64,000 bases of DNA. Origin: Candidatus Thorarchaeota archaeon (GTDB lineage: Archaea > Asgardarchaeota > Thorarchaeia > Thorarchaeales > Thorarchaeaceae). Below the pieces are notes generated by a model. It did not search any database. It was not told where the DNA came from and worked only from the letters and a program-made list of their open reading frames with translations. The DNA lies in assembly GCA_021498125.1 (NCBI GenBank), contig JAIZWL010000003.1:60457-124456 (forward strand). Direction: 5' to 3'. The translations under genes and the position numbers were made by a program. This document shows, in pieces, positions 9,734 through 19,797 of this stretch; the stretch's first letter is position 1; each line of letters begins with the position of its first letter.

Positions 9734-12700
9734 TCCCTGAGCATCTCAGCGATCTGTTCCAAGAAGCTCTTCTCACGCCACCAACGCAAATCACGGGCTC
9801 CTGTTGGGCAAATGGCTGCACAAGCGCCACAACCTTGGCACCGCATCTCATCCGTGTAGCTCTTCTTCACGCCCGGTGCTACCTCTTTCATACCCACCGC
9901 ATCATACGGACAAATGTCCGAGTAGTGGCACAGGTCACAGCCGACACAGAGATCCTCATTGACCTCGGCAGTGAGAAGCTCGATATCCACAGTTCCAAGG
10001 TTTAATGGGACGACCGCCTGACTTGCAGCACCACGTGCCTGATTTATTGAGTCTGAGATGTTCTTGGCATATGTCACTCCCAGAAAGACTCCCGGCACAG
10101 TGGTCTCTACAGGTCGGAACTTCATGTGCATCTCCAGAAGGAATCCGTCCTGTCCTCTGGTGATCCCCAGCGCCTTGATGAGGTCGGACACATCATGTGG
10201 TGCCTCAAGACCCAGTGCAAGAACGACCATGTCTGAACGGATTTGGAAGGTCTCTTGTGAGAGCGTATCATAGACAGTCACTATTGCCTCGTCCCCGTCC
10301 GATGCCTTCTCCACAGTGACCGGCCGATCACGAACCCAGCGTAGATATGTGACGCCGTTCTGACGGTTCTCGCGCCACATCTCCTCCATCTCATTACCAA
10401 AGGGTCGAATATGCTCCTTGTATGCTGAGAAGACACGAATATCTGGAAACATCTCTTTGAGTTCTTTCTGGAGTGTGATGACTGCTGAACAACACACCCG
10501 TGAGCAGTACCGATTCCCCTCTCCCGGATTCTGCCTTGATCCCACACAGTGGATGAAGACGGGATTCTTTGGTGGTACCTTCAGCTCACCATTACGAAGC
10601 ATTCGCTCTAGCTGAAGCGTCGAGATGACCGCAGGCACCTCTCCATAACCATATTCTCCTCTCTTCGGTTCATACGTGTCAGTGCCAACGGTAATGACTA
10701 CTGTTCCGACCCGAAACGTCTCCCGTTCTCCAGTGTTCACGTTCTCGACAGTGATGTCATAATTTCCATAAGACCCGTCCCGTAGAACAGGTTTGGAATC
10801 GAGAACGACTTTGATCTTCTTTGCCTTATTGATGCGGGTCACAAGTGACTCTACAAGTTCACTGGCTGGTGTAAGTTTTGGAAATACTCGATGAAGCTCG
10901 TTGAGTCTTCCACCGAGTCTGTCGGCCTTTTCAACTAAGACCACTTCAAAGCCCTTTGCTGCAATATCAAGAGCAGCAGTCATTCCCGATACGCCGCCAC
11001 CAATGACCATGACGCGACGAGTGACCTCCACTTTTTTGATCGGGACCTCTTCGTTATTGATTGCTTTTGCCACACCGCTTCGAATCATGTCCTGAGCCTT
11101 TTCCTGTCTCACCTCTGGTGGGGCATTCGCATTTACAAGTGCAAGTTGTTCTCTGAGACCTACCGGACCGACCAAGTAGTATCCTGAAAGTCCCGCAGCC
11201 TCAAGTGCTCCCCGAAATGTTGCTTGATGCTGAAGTGGTGAGCATGATCCGACAACGATTCGATTGAGCTTGTGTTCTTTAATTGCCTCTGTGATCATGG
11301 CTTGTCCGGGATCACTGCACATAAACAGATAATCTGTACTATAGACGACATGGGGGAGATTTTGCGCCCACTTTGCAAGACCGGGCGAGTCAATGACATT
11401 GCCAATGATCCCTCCGCAGTGGCAGATGAAGACTCCCACCCGAGGTTCGCCAGTCCCATCGATTGGTTCGATGTCTGGTGGCGGGGCGGGTCTTGGCAGC
11501 GGCAAGTGCGAACTTGCGGCCATTGCTGCGCCCTTCCCCTCGTTCACAGTGTCGGTTCCATCTCGTGGACCGTGGATACACCCTGCCATGTACACTCCCG
11601 CGCGAGTGGTTTCCAAGGCTGCCGAGTTGGGGTCACGTTCTTTGACCCAGCCGTTCTCATCGATCTCGACCTTGAGAATCTTGGCAAGTTCTTTCTGGCC
11701 CTCATTCGGTCTGAAACTCGAATTGAGTACAACCATGGAGATATCTTTAATCTCCATGATCTCTCCGGATTCTGTGTTCTCCATCTTTACAGAGAGATCG
11801 TGAGTGTCAGGGTTCTCTGATATCTCTGCGACGCGCCCACGAATGAACTTGATTCCCTGATTATGTTCGGAGTCCCAGAGGAACTCTTCCAAGGCTTTTC
11901 CTGCTGTGCGTAGATCCATGTAGGTGTAGAGTATCTCGCAATGTTCCTCGGGATAATGCATCCTTGTGACCTGAGCAAGCTTGAGTCCAAAAGCACAACA
12001 GACCCTATTGCAATGGGTACTATATCCCTCAATATGCTCTCTCACGTCCCGACTACCGACGCAATTGATGAACAGGATTCGGCTTGGTTCTCTTCCGTCT
12101 GAGGGTCGGATCATGTGAGCATCGGTCGGGCCTGTTGGGTGGGTCATGCGGTCATATTCAAGACTTGTGACCACGTTTGGAAAGATCCCATACCCATATT
12201 CTCCATAATCAACGGGTTTGTACTCTTGAAAGCCACTCGCAAGAATGATTGAACCAACATTCAAGTCGATCAGTTTGTCCGTGTCGTCATACATGATGCA
12301 ATCCTGTGGGCAGACCCCTGCACATGTTCCACAGCCAATGCATGCATCTCTGTCAATAGTGGCGATCAATGGGATCTGTTGGGGGAAGTTCATGTAGATC
12401 GCTTTTCGGAGCGAGAGACCGAAATTGTATTCATCCGGCACCTCTACAGGGCATGAGCGAATACACATCTGGCAGCCAGTACATTTGTCCTCATTGACAT
12501 AGCGCGCCTTCTTTCGGATCGTCACGGTAAAGTTTCCCTTTGACCCCCTGACCTTCTCGACAGTTGATAGTGCGTGAATCGTGATGTTTGGATGCTTGCC
12601 GACGAATGAGGTGAGTGGAGTCATGACACAGGCGGAACATTCCAGAGCCGGGAATATTTTGTAGATGGCAACGTAGTTCCCTCCGATATTGACAGTCTTC

Positions 12701-12834
12701 TCGATCATATGGACATGGTATCCGCCATTGGCCAGATCGAGGGCGGCACTTATACCTGCCATACCACCACCGATGACAAGAACGTCAGTCGGTTTGGCCT
12801 TCGTCACGGTTTGCTCGGCTGACTGGGTGACCAT
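9730..12834 (-). CDS. hdrA: Second giant HdrA-like flavoprotein: tandem HdrA modules with C-terminal 2x[4Fe-4S] ferredoxin domain, no MvhD
   Basis: VLVIGGGMAGISAALDLA and VMVIGGGVSGMTAALDIA motifs; several CxxCxxCxxxCP motifs; C-terminal CVGCDLC...CQGCGACAAICP. Start moved to ATG at 12834, which has a GGAG about 10 nt upstream. The ORF-track extension to 12966 is hydrophobic junk. Confidence 0.8.
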   Translation of the reverse strand: MVTQSAEQTVTKAKPTDVLVIGGGMAGISAALDLANGGYHVHMIEKTVNIGGNYVAIYKIFPALECSACVMTPLTSFVGKHPNITIHALSTVEKVRGSKGNFTVTIRKKARYVNEDKCTGCQMCIRSCPVEVPDEYNFGLSLRKAIYMNFPQQIPLIATIDRDACIGCGTCAGVCPQDCIMYDDTDKLIDLNVGSIILASGFQEYKPVDYGEYGYGIFPNVVTSLEYDRMTHPTGPTDAHMIRPSDGREPSRILFINCVGSRDVREHIEGYSTHCNRVCCAFGLKLAQVTRMHYPEEHCEILYTYMDLRTAGKALEEFLWDSEHNQGIKFIRGRVAEISENPDTHDLSVKMENTESGEIMEIKDISMVVLNSSFRPNEGQKELAKILKVEIDENGWVKERDPNSAALETTRAGVYMAGCIHGPRDGTDTVNEGKGAAMAASSHLPLPRPAPPPDIEPIDGTGEPRVGVFICHCGGIIGNVIDSPGLAKWAQNLPHVVYSTDYLFMCSDPGQAMITEAIKEHKLNRIVVGSCSPLQHQATFRGALEAAGLSGYYLVGPVGLREQLALVNANAPPEVRQEKAQDMIRSGVAKAINNEEVPIKKVEVTRRVMVIGGGVSGMTAALDIAAKGFEVVLVEKADRLGGRLNELHRVFPKLTPASELVESLVTRINKAKKIKVVLDSKPVLRDGSYGNYDITVENVNTGERETFRVGTVVITVGTDTYEPKRGEYGYGEVPAVISTLQLERMLRNGELKVPPKNPVFIHCVGSRQNPGEGNRYCSRVCCSAVITLQKELKEMFPDIRVFSAYKEHIRPFGNEMEEMWRENRQNGVTYLRWVRDRPVTVEKASDGDEAIVTVYDTLSQETFQIRSDMVVLALGLEAPHDVSDLIKALGITRGQDGFLLEMHMKFRPVETTVPGVFLGVTYAKNISDSINQARGAASQAVVPLNLGTVDIELLTAEVNEDLCVGCDLCHYSDICPYDAVGMKEVAPGVKKSYTDEMRCQGCGACAAICPTGARDLRWWREKSFLEQIAEMLRE

Positions 12835-12967
12835 TGGATTCAAGCTCCGAATGAGTACGACAAGGAAGAGAAAAGAATAGACGATATAACAGTTGTGAAT
12901 GGGCGCACAACCGGCCTCATCCAGTATATTCTTTATTGGTTCTGGTCCTGCGCGCCTGTGAATCACC

Positions 12968-13894
12968 GTGCAGACTTTTGTAGACCTTACCGTTCGACTT
13001 GGCCTATTCTATGTCTTCATTGTGTTTGGTGTATTGATTGCTCGTTTCTATCATCGGTCTGATGATCTGAATCGATTTATCACCAACGTTCTCATCTATC
13101 TGCTGCTCCCCCCGCTCTTCATCAAGACCTTTCTCGGAGCCACTCTGGACGTTCTCACCGAGATGCCGACCATTATTGTGATGACCTTGGTCATGCATGT
13201 TCTTGGACTCTCGTTGCTTCTGCTCTTTTACAGAGGTCGTGTGCAAGATACACGCAAGAAAGGTGCTCACCTCCTCTGTGTCACCTTCAATAATGGTATT
13301 TTTCTACCAATTCCTCTTGCTCTGATCTTCATCGGCGAGACGAGCATCCCGATTATTGCTATCTTCTCCATCACCCAGATGCTCCTCTTTGCTACACTGG
13401 CCACACTAATCGGTGTTCGTTATAGCGATACTGCACCAGACTGGCCTGCGACAATTAAGCGAACATTGACCTTCCCCCCACTATTGGCAGCCATCATGGG
13501 AATGATCCTCATGCTGCTGGGCGTTCAGATGCCAAGCTCACTGGAACCAATTCTGGCGGTCAATAGCATGGTCACAACATATAGTGCGTTGTTCGTAGTA
13601 GGACTCGGGCTCGGTTCGAATCTCACCTTGACCGATATTAAGAGTGCAATTCCTCCAATAACAATCAGGCAGGCCATAGTCCCTCTTATTATAGCGCTTC
13701 TTCTCCTACTGATCGCACCACCACTAGTGACCGGACAAGTGCTTCTTCTTGAAGCGATGATGCCTCCGGCGGTCATTACGGTCGTCTTTGCAACAGCATT
13801 AAAACTGGACTCAGAAGCGGCAGCCACCGTTGTCACAATCGGGACTATTCTTCTTCTCCCTGTCATACCTCTCTTCTGGTTCTTTCTCGCATGA
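12968..13894 (+). CDS. Auxin-efflux-carrier (AEC) family membrane transporter
   Basis: 308 aa, about 10 predicted TM helices in two repeated halves; composition and size typical of AEC/malate permease family; GTG start. Confidence 0.55.
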   Translation: MQTFVDLTVRLGLFYVFIVFGVLIARFYHRSDDLNRFITNVLIYLLLPPLFIKTFLGATLDVLTEMPTIIVMTLVMHVLGLSLLLLFYRGRVQDTRKKGAHLLCVTFNNGIFLPIPLALIFIGETSIPIIAIFSITQMLLFATLATLIGVRYSDTAPDWPATIKRTLTFPPLLAAIMGMILMLLGVQMPSSLEPILAVNSMVTTYSALFVVGLGLGSNLTLTDIKSAIPPITIRQAIVPLIIALLLLLIAPPLVTGQVLLLEAMMPPAVITVVFATALKLDSEAAATVVTIGTILLLPVIPLFWFFLA

Positions 13895-13935
13895 GCAAGT
13901 GTGCTGTGTCTTGATGTGAAATCATATAACTACGG

Positions 13936-14292
13936 TTGACCGTTAATTTGGTGTTGGTGCCTATCTTGACCGATGAGGATAATCCCGAAACCACTCATAA
14001 TCCCGAGGAGATCAGACGTTCTCTCGATGCTATTGTTGCCAAGCTCGAACCCACACCCGAGTCGAGTGGTGGCTGGGGGGCGGTCATGGCAGAGCACCGT
14101 GAAGAGTGGGAGCGTCTCAAGGCGCAGATCCATGAGCGACAGACGGACCTGAAAGCGTTAGTCAAGGAAAAAAAGGCGGGTACTATCTCGTCGGAAGAGT
14201 TTGAGAAACGGTACCGTTCGATTCAGGACGAGCTTACTGCCCTAGAGTTCCAGGTGTACAATCTACGACTGGGCACCGATGTCTCATTATGA
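13936..14292 (+). CDS. Small hypothetical coiled-coil protein
   Basis: 118-aa ORF beginning at TTG. Charged, helical composition; no motif recognised. The start codon is uncertain. Confidence 0.25.
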   Translation: MTVNLVLVPILTDEDNPETTHNPEEIRRSLDAIVAKLEPTPESSGGWGAVMAEHREEWERLKAQIHERQTDLKALVKEKKAGTISSEEFEKRYRSIQDELTALEFQVYNLRLGTDVSL

Positions 14293-14299
14293 GAGTGGT

Positions 14300-15325
14300 T
14301 TACTCTTCTCTTGCACGTTGTACGAGAATGACGCCTTCCACAATCGAAACGACTGCGAGCATTCCTGCAATGACCAGCAACACAATGACGGTTGTGCCGC
14401 TATTTGATCCATCCTTGCTAGATGTCAGTCCTTCTACTAAGATACCAAGATCGTACGACATGAGAGTCGAATAATCTGCAGTCCCTGTGAACACCGCCCT
14501 CCACCAGACGATAGTGGCGCCTGTGTCTTGAGCAAGCTGTTCTGCAAACTGTCCTCCGGCCTGCAAGTCTCCGACATCGGATCCAAGAATGATGTTGATT
14601 GATCCATTCTGAAGTGCTTGTTGCACCTCGACCAGTCGAGAGCCTGAGAGAAAGATATTCCCTCCCTCTTGTAGGACTGCCTCTACTGTGATGCCAAACG
14701 CCTCTGCAATATATGCCTCTGCGGGGAAGACGACAACCGCATGAAGGCTTGCAAGATTATGTTCAGTGTCCGCCTCGGCAATAAAGTCCTGAAGATTTTT
14801 CACACTCTTGACGAACGAATTGAAGTTTGACAGCCATTGGTCAGAATGAGTGGGTTTCATGTCGGTCAGAGTTGCTCTTGTGGCGTTTGCTATTGCAATC
14901 GCATTCTTTGGAAGAAGCCAGTATCCATGCGGATTCTTAAAGTCAGTATCGCTCTTTCCCGGAAATTGAGAGAGGGCGGCTCCATAGTCTTCATAGTCCT
15001 CCAGGGTGATATACGGGGTGTCTACTTGGGCGGCGATGTCCTGTTCCCATGAGAAGTGTCCCGTGAACACAAGCAGATCTGCATCTTTGGCCGCCTGAAT
15101 GATTTGTGGTGTGGGTGAAAACGCATGAGGTTCTACTCCCTCTGGAAGGAGCACGGTGGTTTCAACAAGATCGCCTCCCACTTCATCTACTAGGCTTCCA
15201 AAGGGAGTGATCGATGTTGCGATCTTGATGACCGGTCCGGTCTGTGCTGAAACGAGCGGAACAAGTGCTAGGATATTCAATGATAGAAGTATGAATATTG
15301 GAATGACTGACTTCCGACTATGCAC
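14300..15325 (-). CDS. znuA: Metal ABC transporter substrate-binding protein (TroA/ZnuA cluster-9 family) with signal peptide and C-terminal TM anchor
   Basis: N-terminal signal peptide (IPIFILLSLNILALVPLVSAQ); NPHGYWL motif resembling DPHxW of ZnuA/TroA; C-terminal hydrophobic anchor. GTG start with GAAGGAGG ribosome-binding site. Confidence 0.7.
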   Translation of the reverse strand: MHSRKSVIPIFILLSLNILALVPLVSAQTGPVIKIATSITPFGSLVDEVGGDLVETTVLLPEGVEPHAFSPTPQIIQAAKDADLLVFTGHFSWEQDIAAQVDTPYITLEDYEDYGAALSQFPGKSDTDFKNPHGYWLLPKNAIAIANATRATLTDMKPTHSDQWLSNFNSFVKSVKNLQDFIAEADTEHNLASLHAVVVFPAEAYIAEAFGITVEAVLQEGGNIFLSGSRLVEVQQALQNGSINIILGSDVGDLQAGGQFAEQLAQDTGATIVWWRAVFTGTADYSTLMSYDLGILVEGLTSSKDGSNSGTTVIVLLVIAGMLAVVSIVEGVILVQRAREE

Positions 15326-15350
15326 GGTTGTGCCTCCTTCAACGTAATCA

Positions 15351-15409
15351 TTATTAACAAATTAGCAGTAGTTAATAACGTTATTAACATCGCCACGGAA
15401 ATTATTAAG
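15351..15409. promoter_or_regulatory. Putative NikR operator: perfect 18-bp palindrome GTTAATAACGTTATTAAC (15371-15388) with flanking TTATTAAC / ATTATTAAG half-site copies
   Basis: Seen directly in the divergent intergenic region between znuA (-) and nikR-znuCB (+). Confidence 0.55.
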
Positions 15410-15455
15410 AATTTCGAAGTGGCACTTTAGAATGTGCGCCTGATGAGGTGATGGT

Positions 15456-15845
15456 GTGACAATAGTTGCAGTATCAATGCATGACTCGGATCTCGAACAG
15501 TTAGAACGGTTGCAGAAAATTGGTGGTTTTCCGAGCAGGTCCGAAGTTGTCCGTGCGGCAATTCAATCACTGCTCTCTGAGTATCATGTCATTGAGACCC
15601 TTGAGGGTGATGTCACACTAATAGCCACTATTCTGTATTCCGAACGTAAGTCTGAGGGTTGCAGCAGAGCACAGCACAAGCATGGTCATCTCTTATCGGC
15701 TCTCATGCATGCCCATTCAACGACGGGTGACTGCATGGACATCATGGTTGTGAAGGGAAGTTCTGATGAGATTCGCACGTTCTTACGTGAATTGCGTAAT
15801 GAGCGATGTGTGACAAGGGTGCTCGTTAATGTTGTGGAGGCATAG
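15456..15845 (+). CDS. nikR: Nickel-responsive transcriptional regulator NikR (RHH DNA-binding domain plus metal-binding C-terminal domain)
   Basis: N-terminal beta-strand/helix (TIVAVSM..SDLEQLERL) of the ribbon-helix-helix fold. C-terminal HKHGH...HAHS...DCMDIMVVKG matches the NikR His/Cys nickel site (compare E. coli ...CLEVLVLKG). GTG start. Confidence 0.75.
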   Translation: MTIVAVSMHDSDLEQLERLQKIGGFPSRSEVVRAAIQSLLSEYHVIETLEGDVTLIATILYSERKSEGCSRAQHKHGHLLSALMHAHSTTGDCMDIMVVKGSSDEIRTFLRELRNERCVTRVLVNVVEA

Positions 15846-15848
15846 ACC

Positions 15849-16649
15849 TTGGAACAGACATTACTTGAGGCACGAAACCTATCTGTGCGCTATCCTCAAG
15901 GAGAGGTTGCGCTCTACAATGTGACGTTCTCTATCAAAGCGCCTACATTTATGGCCATCATTGGCCCCAATGGGTCTGGTAAGAGCACGCTCCTAAAGAC
16001 GGCTCTCGGGCTCTTGCGGCCAACACTTGGTAGTATCAGTCTTCTGGGATATGACTCAGTACGTGATGTGGCGGCGATCCGTAAGCTGGTACGGTATGTA
16101 CCTCAACGTGACCGGATCGAGCTCACAGTTCCAATCAAGGTCAAAGACATTGCTCTGATGGGCCGACTCCTCAAGAAGCGTCCTCCACGGATGGCATCAC
16201 GTAAAGACAAGAAGCTTGCACGTGAGGCACTTGAGCGTGTTGCAATGGATGAGTTCTGGGACCATCCATTTAACGAGTTGTCCGGAGGGCAACGCCAACG
16301 AGTCCTTGTGGCGAGAGCCTTAGCCAGTGAGGGTCCGGTTCTCATGTTGGATGAGCCATTCTCAGGTACGGATATCGAGAGCCAGCAGCTGATAGTGGAT
16401 GCTCTACATGACTACCACGCTCACAATGAGGTGAGCATCATTATGGTCACACATGACCTGAATCCTATCCACACGCTTGTTCATGATGTTCTCCTATTGA
16501 AGAAGACCGTTGTAGGTCTTGGAGAACCTTGCCAGATGATGGAGCCTGACCTGTTAGAGAAGCTCTACGGTCCTGGTGCAAAGATCGTCGAATATGGCGG
16601 CCACAAATACTGCATGACCAAAGATACAGGAGTCGATCGGCATGATTGA
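15849..16649 (+). CDS. znuC: Metal ABC transporter ATP-binding protein (ZnuC/MntB-like)
   Basis: Walker A GPNGSGKST, signature LSGGQRQR, Walker B LMLDEPFSG; TTG start immediately after the nikR stop. Confidence 0.8.
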   Translation: MEQTLLEARNLSVRYPQGEVALYNVTFSIKAPTFMAIIGPNGSGKSTLLKTALGLLRPTLGSISLLGYDSVRDVAAIRKLVRYVPQRDRIELTVPIKVKDIALMGRLLKKRPPRMASRKDKKLAREALERVAMDEFWDHPFNELSGGQRQRVLVARALASEGPVLMLDEPFSGTDIESQQLIVDALHDYHAHNEVSIIMVTHDLNPIHTLVHDVLLLKKTVVGLGEPCQMMEPDLLEKLYGPGAKIVEYGGHKYCMTKDTGVDRHD

Positions 16650-17571
16650 GGAGATTCTTCAGTTTCTAACATCCGGGATAGTGCTACGTGCCCTGATTGG
16701 TGTTGTTCTGATTGCACTTGTTGCCTCTACAAGTGGAACCTTTCTCGTCTTCAGAGGGCTGTCCTTTATGACTTCCGGTGTTGCCCATGCGGCCCTTGGA
16801 GGTGCTGCACTCGGCCTGTTTCTTCAATACTCGGGAATTGCGCCCTGGTTTGACCCCATTCTTGGAGCGCTATTGTTTAGCGTCTTTGTGGCAGTAGTGA
16901 CAGGGTATGCTGGTGAGACCGGGCTATCTCAGAAGATGGAAGTGGCAATTGGTGTATCCTTTGCTCTCTCCATGAGTATCGCGGTCTTCTTGATGTACTA
17001 TATTCCTCCCACTCAAGTCCCCCAGATCTGGGGGTATCTCATTGGTGATATCCTCCTTCTTGATAATCTTGATATAATCCTCTTGGCCGGGACCGCAGTG
17101 TTCCTTATTCTCATCACGCTTCTATTTCACAAGGAGTTTGTCTATGTCAGTGTGGACATGGAGGGATCACTTGCTCACGGTCTCAACGCGCGTGCATATC
17201 ACTACCTCATGCTCATTTCTTCAGCTCTCGCTATCGCATTTGCGACGAAGGCTGTTGGCGCGATTCTTGTCTATGCTATTCTCGTAGCCCCCGCAGCAGC
17301 ATCAAATGAAGTGGCGCACTCTGTAAAAGGGGTCATGCTCTCGGTCTTTGGTATTGCGCTCCTGTCAGAATTGGCTGGGCTTGGCGCCTCCTTCTCGTTC
17401 CATGCATCTCCCAGTGCAATTGCAGGGATTATAGCTGCGCTGTCCTATGTTGTTGCAATCCAGATCAAAAAGATGCGTGAGCGTGTAGACGATGGGGATC
17501 TTGAGGAACTTCTCAAGGCCGAGCTTGCAGGGACCATGGACGACTCGTTGAGCATTGACGGTCACGAATGA
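16642..17571 (+). CDS. znuB: Metal ABC transporter permease (ABC-3 / ZnuB family)
   Basis: 309 aa, multi-TM, overlaps znuC by 8 nt; composition typical of ABC-3 permeases. Confidence 0.7.
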   Translation: MIEEILQFLTSGIVLRALIGVVLIALVASTSGTFLVFRGLSFMTSGVAHAALGGAALGLFLQYSGIAPWFDPILGALLFSVFVAVVTGYAGETGLSQKMEVAIGVSFALSMSIAVFLMYYIPPTQVPQIWGYLIGDILLLDNLDIILLAGTAVFLILITLLFHKEFVYVSVDMEGSLAHGLNARAYHYLMLISSALAIAFATKAVGAILVYAILVAPAAASNEVAHSVKGVMLSVFGIALLSELAGLGASFSFHASPSAIAGIIAALSYVVAIQIKKMRERVDDGDLEELLKAELAGTMDDSLSIDGHE

Positions 17572-17653
17572 TGATGATGAGTCGAATGTTGAACCGTCGG
17601 TATCTTTAAGTAAGGCACATAAGGAGAATCGCGCATAGGTCGGTGAGAACCGG

Positions 17654-18052
17654 ATGAGTCACAATATGCCTGACAAGAGCGACCTGACACGGTCAAATAT
17701 CATTACACTATTCCTGACTGTAATCCTATTAGTTGTGGCAATTCTTCTTTGGATGTGGTCAGCACCGGATGTCATTGATACCAGCCCAATTGGGGCGCTT
17801 AATAACTTCAACCCATTTGTTACGTTTGTCGTTGAGATTCTAATCATGACTGGCGTGTTCATCTTTGCCACGGTCACGGTCATCAATCTCAGGCTTCAAC
17901 TCACCAGTGTCCGTGCTGGGTGGTTGGAAGTGATCATAATGTTCATTGTGATCGTTGCGATTTCATGGGCGACATTTGGTGTGAATGCAGCAGGCGCAAC
18001 AGCCATTCTATCCCTTGGATTCATTGCCTATTTATATCTCCTTCAGGAATAG
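17654..18052 (+). CDS. Hypothetical small membrane protein (4 TM helices)
   Basis: 132 aa, four hydrophobic helices. Confidence 0.35.
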   Translation: MSHNMPDKSDLTRSNIITLFLTVILLVVAILLWMWSAPDVIDTSPIGALNNFNPFVTFVVEILIMTGVFIFATVTVINLRLQLTSVRAGWLEVIIMFIVIVAISWATFGVNAAGATAILSLGFIAYLYLLQE

Positions 18053-18264
18053 ATTGGGCAGCCATGCCAACTACTGTGGTAGTTGGCGCATCGATAACCT
18101 TATTTGGTTCGTCCAGAGTTGCACCTATTGAGTACCAGGGCAAAGAACTCTGGAATATGATTACTACATTCGTCCTCATCAGCCGACCTGAACTGTCAGA
18201 TTGTTCCCCAATTTGAGGTTCTGACTTCCGGTGGGTGTTATGAAGACTATTTGGAGGATTCACT

Positions 18265-19002
18265 GTGTTTGGGATAAGTGGTGCGGGTTATGATATGAGC
18301 ACTAGCATCTTCAGCCCCGATGGTCGAATATTCGCCGCTGAGTATGCAAAGAAGGCTGTAGAACAGGGTGCCACCTCAATTGGTGTGCTCGCTAAAAATG
18401 GTGTTGTACTTCTTGCGGAAAAGAAGCTGCTTCCTCTACAGGAACCCGACAGTATCGAGAAGATCTCACAGATAGACACTCACATTGGAGTTGCAACCTC
18501 TGGTCTGATGGCTGATGCAAGGAAACTAATTCAGGATGCTCGTGTGAAGGCTCAGTCCTTTTGGCTGACCTATGAGGAACCTATTCCTGGTGAGGCCCTC
18601 GCAGAATATATCTGTGATATCAAAGCACAGTTCACGCAGAGGGGCGGCGCACGACCTTATGGTGTGGCCATGATCTTTGGCTCAATCGATTACGAGGGGA
18701 TCCCACGACTCTATGTCACGGATCCGGTTGGGACCTCCTTTGGTTTTCTTGCTGCTGTAATTGGGCGAGGAACTCCTCGGGCAGGTGAATACCTTGAGAA
18801 GCACTACAAGAAGAACCTCTTACTGGATAAGGCTATTGCATTGGCAGTAGAGGCGTTGCGTAGTGCAAGTGGCGACGAGATTGCACCCGAATCAGTAGAG
18901 ATAGCACGTATCCCGGTAAAGACCGCCACATTTGAGCGACTCTCACGTGAAGAAATAGAGAGTTTCTTGGCAACCGGAAAACCACCTGCTAATAATACAT
19001 AG
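18265..19002 (+). CDS. psmA: Proteasome alpha subunit
   Basis: YDMSTSIFSPDGRIFAAEYA N-terminal signature of 20S alpha subunits; GTG start 7 nt after GGAGG. Confidence 0.9.
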   Translation: MFGISGAGYDMSTSIFSPDGRIFAAEYAKKAVEQGATSIGVLAKNGVVLLAEKKLLPLQEPDSIEKISQIDTHIGVATSGLMADARKLIQDARVKAQSFWLTYEEPIPGEALAEYICDIKAQFTQRGGARPYGVAMIFGSIDYEGIPRLYVTDPVGTSFGFLAAVIGRGTPRAGEYLEKHYKKNLLLDKAIALAVEALRSASGDEIAPESVEIARIPVKTATFERLSREEIESFLATGKPPANNT

Positions 19003-19020
19003 ATAGGAGATGCGCCAAAC

Positions 19021-19746
19021 ATGATGGGATCAGGTAGAAAATCGGGCGATAAATGGCTGGATCTTGATGCAGTCGTTGTAGGAATGAAAAAGGGTCATCT
19101 TCGCTTTGAAGTGTTTGTGGACCCTGACTTGGCATTTCGTTATCGACGCGGAGAGGATGTTCCTCTCGAATCAATATTGAAGAGCTACGATCTCTATGAA
19201 GATGCACGGCGTGGTGAACGCGCCTCAGAAGAGATTGCCGAAGACCTGTTTGGTACCGATGATGTCTTTGAGATTGCAAAAGAGATAATCAAACATGGTG
19301 AGTTCAAATTAACTCTTGAACAACGTAATCAAATGGTCAAAGAGAAGACCGAGGCGATCATCCATAACATCTCAAAGCGTGCAATGAATCCACAGACCGG
19401 TCACCCACATCCTCCTGACCGAATCCGTCAGGCGATGGAAGAGGCAAAGGTGCATGTTGATCCATTTCTCAGTGTGGACGAACAGGTTCCCACTGTGGTC
19501 AAGTCGTTACGAGTGATTCTTCCGATCTCCTTTGAGAGTGTAAAACTACGAGTCATGATTCCTGCCAGCTTCTCGGGTAAGGGATATAATATGGTGGCAC
19601 AGACTGGAGTCATTAAGACCGAGACTTGGAACCCTGATGGTTCATGGACTGGAGTAGTTGAAGTTCCTGCATCGAAACGACAAGAACTCTATGACGAGCT
19701 CAATCGACTGACAAAGGGACAGGTTCGGATCGAGGTTGAGAGATAA
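19021..19746 (+). CDS. sdo1: Ribosome maturation protein SDO1/SBDS
   Basis: FYSH/SBDS N-terminal domain (VFVDPDLAFRYRRGE), conserved position after psmA in the archaeal exosome superoperon. Confidence 0.8.
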   Translation: MMGSGRKSGDKWLDLDAVVVGMKKGHLRFEVFVDPDLAFRYRRGEDVPLESILKSYDLYEDARRGERASEEIAEDLFGTDDVFEIAKEIIKHGEFKLTLEQRNQMVKEKTEAIIHNISKRAMNPQTGHPHPPDRIRQAMEEAKVHVDPFLSVDEQVPTVVKSLRVILPISFESVKLRVMIPASFSGKGYNMVAQTGVIKTETWNPDGSWTGVVEVPASKRQELYDELNRLTKGQVRIEVER

Positions 19747-19797
19747 CGAGTGTAGTATCACGATCATAATTCAATTAAATAAATACGAGGGAATAAA

